Positions 1-12,498 of a stretch of 64,000 bases of DNA are shown in pieces. Numbering within the stretch: position 1 is the stretch's first letter; each line of letters opens with the position of its first letter. Below the pieces are notes generated by a model. It saw only the letters and a program-made list of their open reading frames with translations. It made no database searches and was not told the origin of the DNA. Made by a program: the position numbers and the translations under genes. Source of the stretch: Ruditapes philippinarum (Eukaryota); NCBI RefSeq assembly GCF_026571515.1, contig NW_026852935.1, positions 62,001 to 126,000 of the forward strand. Reading direction: 5' to 3'.

Positions 1-1243
1 CAAATATTTTGCAACGAATTTATAAGGTTATTTATTTTAAGCAAATGAATACAAACAAGCATAATGTATAATCGTGGTATCAATTGAAATATAAATGTTA
101 AATATTGTGTGACCGACGTCAACGATAAATGTATTTGAATGGGACTGGTACTTGTAATTTAATATAAGAATGAATTAATGAAATAAAATGGGACAATCAT
201 GAATAATAAAGTGTGATATATTGATACATTGTATTTGTATAAATAATTATAAAGTTTTTGCATACTCAAATATTATTTATGTATCATATACAACACATGA
301 ACAATGTACACGTTACCAAGTCGATGTAATATATTATACATGAACATACATGTATTAGTCTAATTAGAGAATAGCATTTTAATATAAACTCAAAAGTGCT
401 TTATACATTACCTTGTAAACAGAAATACATAATAGTAAGTTAGAAGATTTTCAGAATATACTTTAGGTATTACAATGAAGCCTTTTTATATAATTCTATA
501 AGATGTATCCACACCATTTTATTGTTCCAAGTTTTATATTGCACATAAATTATTTATCTGTATACTCTTTTTATAAATTATTGATTCTTATTCAAATACA
601 TGTTAAGTTTTTTTCGGAATTCATTAATGTTGTTTAGGCTTTTACTTTAATGTCATTTTGTCAAATACAATATGCGTTTTTTCATTTACGAGAACGTTAA
701 TTATCTCTCCCAAACAATTCAATCTAAGTCAAGCAATTTTTACTTAATATTTACCTCCGTTTTTTAAAAAACGTTGCTTAAACACTGTATCTTTATATAA
801 ATACACATTGCTTTTTGAATTCAGAAATGTTGCTTTAGCTTTGTAGCATGTATCTATATCAATATGACATTGTGAGGTTTCAGTTGCAAATGATATATGA
901 AAAACAAGACCAAAGTCACAGAATTAATGATAAATTCATAATGGTCATTGGATACTTGTAAAAATATTATAGTTCATATTCTTAACATAAGACGTAAATT
1001 TGTTTCTATATACATACGGTATTTGTACTAGAGATATCATCTCTTACGAAAACTCTGTGCTTCTATTTCCTGCAAAATGCTTTGCATGTTTTATTTTACG
1101 CTTTACAACAAATACATCTATAGATTTAGAAACATGCAAGGCATCACACTCAGAAACTGACTTTGGATAGAGTCTCGAGGCTGGATACACTTTTATTGCC
1201 ATTCTAATGACTTATGAAATTATCTTGACGTTGTAAAATCTGA

Positions 1244-2140
1244 AGATAACTCGTGAACAGGTGATGATTTGAATTTTCAAAACGTTGTCTCTCTTTGTAT
1301 ATATATATATTCAGCTGTAGTGCTGATTGTTTTTGTAACCATCTTTGTATTTTTAAAGATCAACCCATGTTGTAGATATAGCAGAAAAGTCATTTTTAGT
1401 TCTACATTTTTGAAGAGATCAGATCTAATGCTACAGACAAAGTGTCATGGACTTTGATGTTGCCTAAAATCTTTAACTTTAATTGTTGTAATACTTCTCA
1501 ATGGATTGCCTGCATACTTGGAAACAACAATCCTTTGGACAAGACCACCAAGTTGAAAAGACTTAACTTGACCTTGACCAGACTTAATATGAACTTTACT
1601 CTAAAATAATCTTGATCTTGAAGTTCAAATTTTGATATTTGGCTTATCTAAGCTATAATAATATACACATTTTAAAGAACACTTGACAAAACCAAAATGT
1701 TGAATTATTCTGAGATGATAAATTGCTATAACATTATTGTTATTAATTTGTTGATTTGATTAATTCTTGAACAAAAGAATTCTTATGACAATACTGACAT
1801 GATGATTAATTCAGATGTGAATTTGACTTTTTAATGACATTGACCGTCAATGTCAAGTATAATATATGAATGATATTTTGTTCAAGACAGTTATGTATTC
1901 TAGGAGTTTTCTCTACTTCAATATTCTTCCTCGAATGTATTTGACTTAAGAAATAAGGAAAAGTCGAGCATGGTCCCGCTTAGTGACATAAGATAACTCG
2001 TGACCAGTTGAGAATTTGAATTTCCAAAACGTTATCTCTCTTTGTCTGTAAACCTGCGGTGCTGATTATCTCATGTAATCATTTTTTAATTTTAATTCAA
2101 AAGATGGACCCATGTTGGTAATGCGACAGAAAGGCATTTT
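1244..2140. repeat. Two diverged copies of a ~160-bp segment (about 1244-1400 and 1990-2140) in an old degenerate repeat region
   Basis: agataactcgtgaacaggtgatgatttgaattttcaaaacgttgtctctctttg at 1244 vs agataactcgtgaccagttgagaatttgaatttccaaaacgttatctctctttg at 1991. TGACCTTGACC motifs typical of HINE interiors lie between them. Confidence 0.6.
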
Positions 2141-3429
2141 GATCATATAAATCTGATTTCCAGCAGCTTTAAGCCGTATTTTTTAATGAGAAATAGCTTT
2201 TCCGTCATAAAAACACTAAACATGTCAATTTGTGATAATTGTACATTTCCCTTTTTTTATAAATATAATAAGTAATTTAGGCACCAATATTTTTGTTTAT
2301 CAATCGAGCTTATTTCATGTACGTTATATACGTATTGTTGATAATCGCAACACAGTTCTTTGTAAATATAAGATAAACATGTTTTAACACAAAGAAGATG
2401 CGTTATGTTTAAAATTCTACATACTATAGGTGGTCAAAAAATAAATATATATAGTGTCATTTAAACAAACTGGCAGCTTCTTTTAAGAAAAGACCAACTT
2501 TACTTGAAATGAAATAAGGGACATAGCTTCTCATGCATAATTTAGTCATTCTTTAATTCAAATTAAAGATACTCAGTAAGAATTCCATAGATTTCCATAA
2601 ATTTCTGTGATTTGAATATTTTACTCAAAAATGAGCATGGTATATCTTTGATTAGTTTCTTTTTCGAGGACGTCTACGTACAAATGATATATTTGTATTT
2701 TTCATGTAAATAAAAAAAAGATAATGCTGAATTTACTAAAATGTTCTTTCATTCTTGATTTATTTCCCCTTTTGATAAAGTTTACCAACGACTTTCATAC
2801 TTTAGCTCCTTAGTTGTCAATGCAAGCTCAAATGAAAATTTCGTGCAAATCGATTTATTAATTTGTGCGTTGTAAGTTAAGCAGTTAACAACAACAACAA
2901 CAAAATAATAATAAAAAAACTACAACAAACAAACAATAAATAAATATAAAAAACAGAATGAGCGACAAAACAATAGCAGCTGTTCATTTTCAGAAGAACA
3001 CTTTCTTGTGTCTCTGACCAAAACTAGTACAATTAACATTACTGCATGTATTTGGATGCAATACTTTTGGCGTGAAACCATTAATCTGTACTCCATAGAT
3101 ACTCGAGAATATATTATATGATTAAAAGATTTGTATGAATACAGTATATGTGCTGAGTCTACGAATAACGGTTATAGATACATGTACATGCTTAAAATAA
3201 CATGCAATACTTTTCCCATTTGCCATTCAATTCCAAACATTATTGTCTGGAAGAAAAGTTTATTAAGAATCCAACTGTCTAGATTATAGTTCATAAGTTA
3301 ATTATAATATGCAAAATAGAAAGATAGAAATATGTAATGCCTGGTGAATTAGATAGAACATTTGTATTATATCGTCATTTCACTTTCTTATTACTATACA
3401 CGTTATAAATTTAGATACATATATAAAGC

Positions 3430-4293
3430 TTTTTATGCCCCCACAATGTGGGAGCATATAGCGTTGCACTTGTCCGTCCGTCCGTCCGTCCGTCCGTCAG
3501 TCCGTCAGTCAGTCCGTCCGTACGTCCCGAAATCTTGTGAACGCAACTCCTCTTAAACCGGATGGCAGATTTTGCTTAAACTTACAGGGATGAACAACCT
3601 TAATGTGTAGATGGTAGTAAAGGAAGGAATTTTTGCTGCGACCAAATTTAACAGAATTATGGCCCTTTGTTGATTTTTTCACTAGATACTATGTAGAAAT
3701 TTTGTGAACGCAACTCCTCTTAAACCGGATGGCAGATTTTGCTTAAACTTACAGGGATGAACAACCTTTATGTGTAGATGGCAGTAAAGGAAGGAATTTT
3801 CGCTGCGACCAAATTTTACAGAATTATGGCCCTTTGTTGATTTTTTCACTATATACTATGTAGAAATTTTGTGAACGCAACTCCTCTTAAACTGGATGGC
3901 AGATTTTGCTTAAACTTACAGGGATGAACAACCATAAGGTGTAGATGGTAGTAAAGGAAGGAATTTTCGCTGCGACCAAATTTTACAGAATTATGGCCCT
4001 TTGTTGATTTTTTCACTTTATACTATGTAGAAATTTTGTGAACACAACTCCTCTTAAACCGGATGGCAGATTTTGCTTAAACTTACAGGGATTAACAACC
4101 TTAATGTGTAGATCATAGTATAAAAGGAAGGATATTTTGCTGCGACCAAATTTAACAGAATTATGGCCGTTTGTTGATTTTTAGTTTTCAACTTGTGGCA
4201 CATGTAGTCCAAAAAATATTTGACCTAGAGTCATAAGATTGACAGAACAGTGGCGTGTGGGGGCATCAGTGTCCTATGGACACATTTCTAGTT
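3430..4293 (+). mobile_element. Non-autonomous Helentron-associated element (HINE/DINE-1-like) with internal satellite array
   Basis: Inserted in a T run. 5' subTIR/stem-loop atgcccccacaatgtgggagcat, then (GTCC/GTCA)n microsatellite 3472-3526, then a tandem array, 3' subTIR tgggggcat, hairpin gtgtcc-tat-ggacac and terminal ctagtt. Confidence 0.9.
3533..4185 (+). repeat. 167-bp tandem repeat, ~3.9 copies, inside the HINE
   Basis: gtgaac(g/a)caactcctcttaaac recurs at 3537, 3704, 3871 and 4038 (period 167). Confidence 0.95.
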
Positions 4294-5144
4294 TTTTGAA
4301 TTTCAATAATGTTGTTAAGGCTTTTATTTTAATGTCATTTTATTTAAAACATATAATGTATAATGTGATGTGTGGTTTCAATTATTAGAAGGTTATTTTC
4401 TCACCGGAGCAATCTAATCTAAGCCAAGTACTTTACGCTTAATATTCAGCTCCATTATTTTGAAATAGTCAAACGGTGCGTTGCATGTCGTCATGCAATA
4501 ATGATCAATCGTTAGTTCAAAATCGAATTCGAGGTTAACGAAAATGTATATCCTACACGCGATTTTGTATAAATTACGAACCCATTATTTACATTAAGTG
4601 AATATAGCGTTTAGGAATTGTGAGAAAAAACAACTCTAGAGAATTAGATATAACTTTATTTGCAACAAGCACTTTTTGTCAATTATGACGTATTGTCACG
4701 CGGTATAAAGTACATTTGGTGACCGACCATCATTTTAGACCGAAATGATTTGTTACTTGAACTATAAGATTAGCACTTGTATGATTGATTTTGTCTGAGT
4801 GCAAGTTTCTTATATCAGTATAAACACTGCAATGAATATAATAAGATACCGGAGCATAATGTGTGATACAGATAAATATAGAATGATATTTCAAGGTAGA
4901 AAGTGACGTGAACGGGAAGTACCTTTTGTGACATAGAAGCATTGACTATTTAAAATATTGTATTATATTATATAATATGTGTCGAATGATTGATTTTGTT
5001 CTTGACTGACTGACGTTAAGTCAGTATAATATGCAGATGAATTTTTTAAAACTACATTGTACATATACATGCATTTAAAGTAAATATACATGCATATAAC
5101 CAAACCCTCCTCTTGTAGCTGAGGGGTTGCCTCAAAGGGTCAAG

Positions 5145-5335
5145 ACATCATAATTGCCGCTACCGTTTTTCCCTGCTTAATCGTTAGAGGCGGATAAATG
5201 GGTTTGTGTTATTGGAGTCTATGTACCTTTTTGCTTCAACAGGCTTTTCCAAACGAGGTTACCCAAAATCATCTTTTATGCTTCGGCGCCATATGGTCTT
5301 TGTGTTGGTGCGCCGTAAATAGAAATTAAACAACC
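5145..5335 (+). mobile_element. Degenerate SINE 3' portion with LINE-type 3' stem-loop
   Basis: aggttacccaaaatcatc...ttcggcgccatatggtctttgtgttggtgcgccgtaaa; the same tail is on the - strand at 54730-54800. Confidence 0.6.
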
Positions 5336-7129
5336 TAATTTGCCTACATATCAAGGGCTTTAATAGCGCTAATTTTCATTAAGTGTCACGTACAACGTTT
5401 AAATAATCATAAACAAACATTTCAATTTATTTGACTGTTTATTTATATGTTTTCCAATCGGTGTATTAAAACTTTCTTTACATTGCATAATCTATGTGTT
5501 ATACAACAGTTGTACAATATTTTCTATGAAGGTGTTTTGATAGCTGTCTGTAATGTTTTTACAATTTCCTTTTTAGTTTGATTTGTTTTAAGCAGCATAT
5601 TTATTATCAAATGACAAACACGCGCCACTTTTAGTTAACAATAATACTATTTGTAGCCTGTTTGAACGACATGATCGAATTATCCAGAATTGACCAATCA
5701 TAATTAATCGATGAAATCTGCTTAGTTGTTGCAAAGGGTATGCAGGAAGATGGCCTGCTATTTAACACAAATATAACTGCTATAATAGAGAAGATCAACC
5801 TACAACATCACCATTTATAACATAATACAAAAGTATGTAAACATCCCAAATAAATCAAGCATTATATTTTGTAAAACTGTAATGCTGAATGAACCATAAC
5901 AGAATGCCAAGCTTGCAAATTTCATTTAATTTATTTTCTGATGATCGAAACATCTTAAAGATAATTGATATAATAAAAGTGTCCGACTAGACAGTAATAT
6001 ATATTTATTGTAGGTTTGTTGCACTCAGGACATCACTCATTTTGTCTACAACAAATATCTTCAGACCATATGTACTTATACATTTGCCCAGAAGTCACAC
6101 AAAGTAAAGCCATAAATTAAAATTACAAGGAACGAGATATAAAAATATATTCTTGCTGCACAAATTGTTACTTCCTGGGTGAATATCCTCCTGGGTGAAT
6201 ATCCACAAATATGCTCTCGGACAGTGCAGCAGAGAGGTGTTTTCTGCAAGGTTTACGCTTTCATTATTATGATTATCAACAAGAACTATGATCAATTTTG
6301 TGTGAGAGATACATGTATTTATTGATGTCTTTATCAAGCCATTTAGTACAAATTTGTAAAAGTCTCTTGATGGCAAATTTCGAGTGACAGCTTCCCCCAA
6401 AATCTGGAAAAGGTATGTTTCCTCAACACTCAACACTTAAAAGTACCGAAATCAATGATTCCCATCTGAGTACCGTTATTAATAATTTAAACTACCGATA
6501 AAACAGTGCATTTTTATACACTATGGATACCAAAGGGGCACTAACTTCATTTTTGCTCATATTAATTTTGAAACGATGCAGCACATAACCTCTTATTTCT
6601 AGTTTTTTTTGGTACTTTTGACAAAAATTCCCGGCGTTTATGACTACATCTGATATAGTTGGTAACGCATGATTATTTGATTAATTATAAGTTAAAAAAG
6701 TAACATCGTGGTCAATGAAAACCTGATATTATCTTGAATTTCTTGCAAATCAAATTATGAATTTCTACGTAAGCACGTTAATGAACAAATCGTATTTCTG
6801 AAGTCAATATCGTCACTGCTATAGGTCAGTTGTAACATATTTCATATTTATATTGAATGAGATAATAACATGATTGATTTAACACATGTCTAAAATAACA
6901 TATGATACTTTTCCTATTAATTTTGTTATTCAATTCCAGACGTTATTGTCTTAAAGAAAAGATAATATAGAACCAAACTGTATAGATTATAGTTCAAAAG
7001 TGAATTATACATTGTAATGTTGAAAAATAGAAATATATGATTTAATTATTGATGTAAATTTTATGTTTGATTGATTACACACTATAATGCTGCGATTTTA
7101 CCTTCTTATCACTATACACGCCATTTTTA

Positions 7130-7530
7130 AAAAAAATAAAGACATCTTGCTGTTTTTTAATTCAATAATGTTGCTGAAACACGCCATGTTTATATATTAA
7201 ATACACATTGCTTTTTAAAGTCAATTATGTTGCTTAACCACACTATTTTTATATAAATACAAAAAGCATTTTTTGAATTCAATAATGTTGCTTGTACATG
7301 CTGTTTTTTATAAATAATTACACATTGCTGTTCTTTTCAAATTCAATAATGTTGCTTAAACACGATATTTTTATATAAAACAAACTGCCTTTTGAAGTCA
7401 ATAATGTTGCTTGTACACGCTATTTTCATATAATTACACATTGCTTTTCTTTTCAAATTTAATAATGTTGCTTAAACAAGCTATTTTTATATAAATACAC
7501 ATTGCTTTTTAATTCAATAATATTGCTTTA
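7130..7530. repeat. ~58-60-bp minisatellite, ~7 copies
   Basis: a(t/g)tcaataatgttgctt...cacgctattttttatataaatacacattgcttttt recurs at about 7159, 7219, 7276, 7339, 7395, 7456 and 7511. Confidence 0.9.
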
Positions 7531-10500
7531 GTCACCTTGTGCATGAGGAGTGCATGCTTTCCGTGACCACGTAAAAAGTCCTATCCGATAAATAACTTGC
7601 TTATAGGAGGTATGTGATCTCAAAACATTGCTGAATCAGCGTATACAAACTAACTAATCGAGTCCTTTTTATACTTCTCATAATATATTAAGAAACTTAT
7701 AGTGCTTGAGAGGTATATACTAATTATATGTTATCGTCTACAAAGTGAAGTTTTACCAACTGTCTGTAATATATTGAAACAATTGTTTTATTATAAGCAG
7801 CATATTTGGTTCGTTATCTTACAAACACATGTCACTTTTAATTAACCATAATAACGTCCTCTAATTAGAACACAATGATCACGAAAACCTGCAGACACAC
7901 GCCACTTTTAATTAACAATAACAACGTCCTCTAGTTATAACAAAATGATAAAGACTTTCTGCAAACATTTTCGAATGATCTATAAAAAAGATAAAAAAAA
8001 ACAAACAAACAAAAAACAACAAAAAAAAAAAACAATCGTAATTGAGCGATGAAATCTGTTTAGTTGTTGCAAAGGGCATAGGAAAGGGAAGGTGGAATGC
8101 GGTTTCACACAATTATAACCTTTATTGAAAGTTGATATCAACTCCTAACATTATCAATTGTAACTTAAATCATAATTATGTCTTATATAGGTACATAAAC
8201 ATCCTAAATATATCAAAAGCCATAACGTGTAAAACTGTTAAGCAGTACAGCCTGTTAACCGAATGTCCTGCTTGTAATTTTGCTTCATTTATATTCTGAT
8301 CTCGAAAGTACTTAACGAAAATTGGTATAAAAGTGTCCGACCAGACAGTAATATATATTTATTGTAGATTTGTTTGACCCAGGGTATCACTTATAAAGTC
8401 TTTGACAAATATCTTCAGAACGTATGCACTTATATGTTTGCCCTGAAGTAAACAAGAAAGCTATAAACAAAACTTTCAACCATCGAGACAATAAGTAGTT
8501 TCTTGTTTCACAAATCGTAAAATCCTGGACTATTGAATTGCCACAAATATGCACTCTGACACTGCCGTCTTATTTTATTGTTCTGAAACAAAAATGAATT
8601 TGTCTGAGAAATCTACAGAATTCTACTGACTTAGAAGTGGCTTGTTAAATGAGCAGTAACCGACCAGTCTTGGTAAATTGAATATGACTGGATTGACAAA
8701 TCTCAAATTTATAACCGATACAAATTTTAACAAACACCGTTTTATTATTTCTTATACCTTATTGTGTTGAAAATTGTGTATAACTTAAACCGATGCATGC
8801 AGGCGTCGAACTTTTAAGTATTTCTCAATCAAACCGAGTCTGCAATTTTCCATTATTATTGAACTTTGTTTTATTTCTCTCAAAATGTCTCCCCTTCTTT
8901 CCAGATAATTAAAAAACCTTAATGGACCATTTAAATGTTGTTTTTTTAATCAGAAATAAGCACTTCATATAGTTTTGTATTCCGGAAAGATTGAGCTGGC
9001 AAACATTCAAAGAAGAAATACTTGTTTCCAAGACGATCAAGCAATGAGAAATATATAAATAAAAAGATATATAGCAAAGCTTCTAATTCAATAGGATTCA
9101 CATACATTAAAATAAGTGTGTTTGAATAAATACATAATATTGAAATATATAAGAATATAAGAATGCCCAAATCAACAAGTTTATTAGCAATTGTTACAAA
9201 AATGTAATCTAAATGAACACAAATAGTCCAACAACAACACGTGATTTTAATATTTCCCTTAAGTTTTCAATTCCATATGGAAATAGGAAGATGTAATATG
9301 CGTATTTGACAATTTGTTTGGAATTTAATTCAAGTCTCAACGTTTGCTCATTTCTTGTTATTTACGATATGCTTGAACGACATCTGCTATGCGATCAGGT
9401 TATATTAATTCTTTCTCTTTTTTTTGCGCAGGATGTTTTGAGTGAATTTAACGTATTTTCTTTTCATTCTTGGCTTTTTGAATGCAACAATACTTTTATG
9501 TCAATAATACTACAAATGCCTTTCAGTTGAGAGAATCAAGGATATCAGCATTCAACAATGAAACCGCGCTTATTTTATAGATATGCGATGCATATTTGAT
9601 GGAAGTTTTGATTATTTCTATTATCAACAAACTGACTGCAAGATTGTCAACACACATCTTGATCAAATTGCCTTGTTATACAGCGACATATATTATTTTG
9701 TCATATGTGCAAATTATTCAGACATTTTGATCTTAAAGAAGTGTGATAAAGAATGATTTCAATAAACTAAAAACAATTCTAAAGTATTTCACAAAATATC
9801 TTATTTGCAGCCCTGATTCTTTACATTTATTTTTCGTAAATGGAAAATAAATGTAAACCCACCCTTCAATTCAATTCCAAAATGAAACTAATTAGTGTAA
9901 CTGGCATTCTTTCATTCCTCAGTACTTTATCAACATTTCAATACTTTCCTTGATTTTAAATCATTCTGATGTGTGACTGTTTCAAGTATTAACTGGGGAA
10001 TATATTTTTATGATACAATTAATATATCATCAAAGCAAAAGTATTCAAAATATTCAACCTGTCCATACTTGTAAAAGGCAATACCAAAGCTCACTGATAA
10101 AGTAAAAAAAATGCTTATTTACTTATTGTTTGTTAAAAATTTCTCGGATATTAAATACTTTTTGAATGTAATTAAATAGTCAATTGTAACCACGATCACA
10201 TCTCAGGCACTGTAGGGAATCAGGGAAAATGAGTCGGATGTTTTAGTTGTTCCAACACTACCAGGTCAATGATTTTGGTTGCGCACCAAAATTATGGGGG
10301 CTATTGAATTTCACAACTTTCTCAGACATAACAAAAACTTTAAATGAATTTTTTTATGGCTACATTTTAAAGATAATATATCTTTTCATTTATGACATGT
10401 ATGAGAAAGAGTTGGATTCCTATTGGATTTACTAAACAGATGATCTACATCCGAGTGAAAACAGCTGTCACCATTTCTTAAAGACCCGATCAATCGCGCC

Positions 10501-10738
10501 ATCTGGGACAAGCTGGAATGTAATACTCAATTGAACAGTGTGTTCCGTTTATAGGAATAGTTTTGAAGGTTTACACATAAATTCAATTAAAAATAAACTA
10601 TGGAATGGATAAGGTTTGTTTTTAATAATACTTTTAGTTTTTTACCTTCTTTTTTGTATACATTTTTTTCTTTGGTGATCACAATTGAGTATGGAGAAAT
10701 ACTCGGCTTTTGATAAATATCAGTAAGTGGACAGCAAG

Positions 10739-10745
10739 ATGGATG
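10739..10745 (+). CDS. Possible first coding mini-exon (ATG GAT G) or end of a 5' UTR exon of the coiled-coil/TM gene
   Basis: aagATGGATG|gtaagg has a good start context and a strong donor. It splices in frame only to the weaker AG at 11228-11229, giving MDALLQPIIMSLFLVIF... Splicing to the AG at 11220-11221 makes it a UTR/uORF exon. Confidence 0.25.
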
Positions 10746-11249
10746 GTAAGGCATTTTAGTTATATTTTGCATTTTTCGTTGCATATTCACTGAATATTCT
10801 TATATTTATTTGGGATATTTTCTTTCGGTAAATGTTTCCTGTTACCTCCCCTAAGTGTAATTATATATTTCTTGACATTTGGAGTCATTGTTTCCAATAT
10901 ATTAGTGTTAAAGATTAAATACCTCTTCACATTGTGCTAAGGAATGGGGGAGATGTTGTGCACTGATAATTATCTTTCGTGTACAGTGTATATTTAAATG
11001 TTCATTTCTGTGTTTTATTGCCCTTGACGGACCCCGGTTCCCTTTTCCATTGCTATTGAAATGGACCGGACCCGTTGTGGTTTGGTTTGAATAATTACTA
11101 TACTAAGTATTAAAATATACCAATTGCTTAATTGAAGTGCTTACAGATGTACACTTGCATTTGAATAATCACAATAACAAAATGTTTTAATCAAATGAAA
11201 ATATTGCTCATTTAATTTTAGCTGGATAGCGTTGCTGCAACCTATCATA

Positions 11250-11505
11250 ATGTCCTTGTTCCTAGTGATATTTCGGCAGCATTGGCTCGGTCAACAGTTT
11301 GCAAATAAGGACTCTTATGCCGTTCCAAGTGCCGATATAGATGAGATAAAAGATAGACTAAAGACTGTTGAAGAAACTTCTTTATCAAGTAAAGATATAA
11401 ACGGCATAGAAGAATCTATATCGGACTTGTATAAATCAATTGGAATGTTGCAAGATCAGGCTGGGAAATACTCACAAGTTAATGAACCGTGCAGCAGCTG
11501 TGACG
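11250..11505 (+). CDS. Coding exon of an unrecognised membrane protein: hydrophobic N-terminus, coiled coil, CxxC
   Basis: Acceptor tttaattttag ends at 11221; ATG at 11250. Heptad pattern IDEIKDRLKTV...INGIEESISDLYKSIGML. Ends PCSSCD-G|gtttgt (phase-1 donor at 11506). Confidence 0.75.
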
Positions 11506-11904
11506 GTTTGTATTGACAATGGTTTACACATAAACCAGATATTCATGTAAATGCGACTCATATAATATTAGAATCATATCTCTGGGATCAATAATAATGT
11601 TGAAATGTATACAGAAAACAGCTTCCCATGTCAAAATAGATAATATTCATTTTTTATTTACAAATTGTCATAGAACTTTGTTGTATATAAAACAAATTTC
11701 ATTTTGTTGTTTATAATTTAATGATGTTTTTGTATGAACTAAACTGACATGCATAATTAAGTGGAATAATATAAAATCTTATCTGCATACTTCATTTACC
11801 TTATCAGTCAGGTCTTGGATTTTTCTGAAAATATTACTTTTACTCATATTTAACTATAAAACGTATAAAGTTTTATGCTTTCTTCGTCCGTCTAGTTTGT
11901 TTAG

Positions 11905-12099
11905 GGGCTTTAAATGGTACAGACGCAATAATGTATCATAAAGAATCACAAAAAAGAGCCCCTGTTACTTCATACGTTAATATGAAGAAGAGTATACCTG
12001 ATACCCGTCTAATTGTGCTACTGTCAACAGAAGTAATGGATAAACCGCTGTTATGACATATATTTATGACCGAATCAGTATCAGCTATGAAGATTGATA
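11905..12099 (+). other. Candidate symmetric (phase 1-1) 195-nt cassette exon with one in-frame TGA at 12054-12056
   Basis: tttgtttag|GG GCT TTA AAT GGT ACA...ATT GAT A|gtaagt. Length is a multiple of 3 and in frame with both flanking exons. Translation: GALNGTDAIMYHKESQKRAPVTSYVNMKKSIPDTRLIVLLSTEVMDKPLL*HIFMTESVSAMKID. Confidence 0.4.
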
Positions 12100-12498
12100 G
12101 TAAGTTAGAAACTGGCAATTTTAGCGATCAACAGAAATGCAGTTGCTTATAGCATTAATAGTGGTAATACTTGATCTCGCACGCTGTGTGCTAATATGTC
12201 ATCTCTCACCGCTAATTCAGAAATCATGTGAGAAAAATAATAAGTGACTTACGGAGAAATGAGCAATATCTAAGAAAGCCGATTAAGTGGTATCATTGTC
12301 GAGATATGACCAAAATTTGTGAAAATCAGTGAACAACCAGAAAAAACACATTCAAACAAAAATCAACAATAATCTTCTAACATATTCTTTGTTATGTCAT
12401 GACATGCAATTTGAAGTATTGAATATATACATGTATATTTCTAAGATAGTTATATTTCTATATAGAAGAATGCCTCACATTTTGATACTATCTTTCAG

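Larger units (their letters stand above)
3190..8570. repeat. Old local tandem segmental duplication: 3190-3430+4293-4460 ~ 6890-7180 ~ 560-850, and 5520-6240 ~ 7740-8570
   Basis: Shared anchors: aaaataacat..atacttttcc (3194/6892); tagattatagttca (3280/6983); gatgaaatctg.ttagttgttgcaaaggg (5710/8048); aaaagtgtccgac.agacagtaatatatatttattgtag (5975/8329). Confidence 0.8.

Noticed and set aside
3362-3556. ORFs with SVRP/RTDG repeats (also 24474-24733)
   Set aside because: These are translations of the GTCC microsatellite in HINE heads.
5938-5952. Hammerhead-like CTGATGA-TC-GAAAC
   Set aside because: There is no room for stem II, no evident stems I/III, and the paralog at ~8297 does not keep the core.
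6014-6412. Cys-containing pseudo-exon (tttattgtag acceptor, AAG|gtatgt donor; paralog from 8368), faintly PAN/lectin-like
   Set aside because: All three frames have stops in both copies, there is a 16-bp internal duplication (6173-6204), and no clear codon-position bias. No domain call can be supported.
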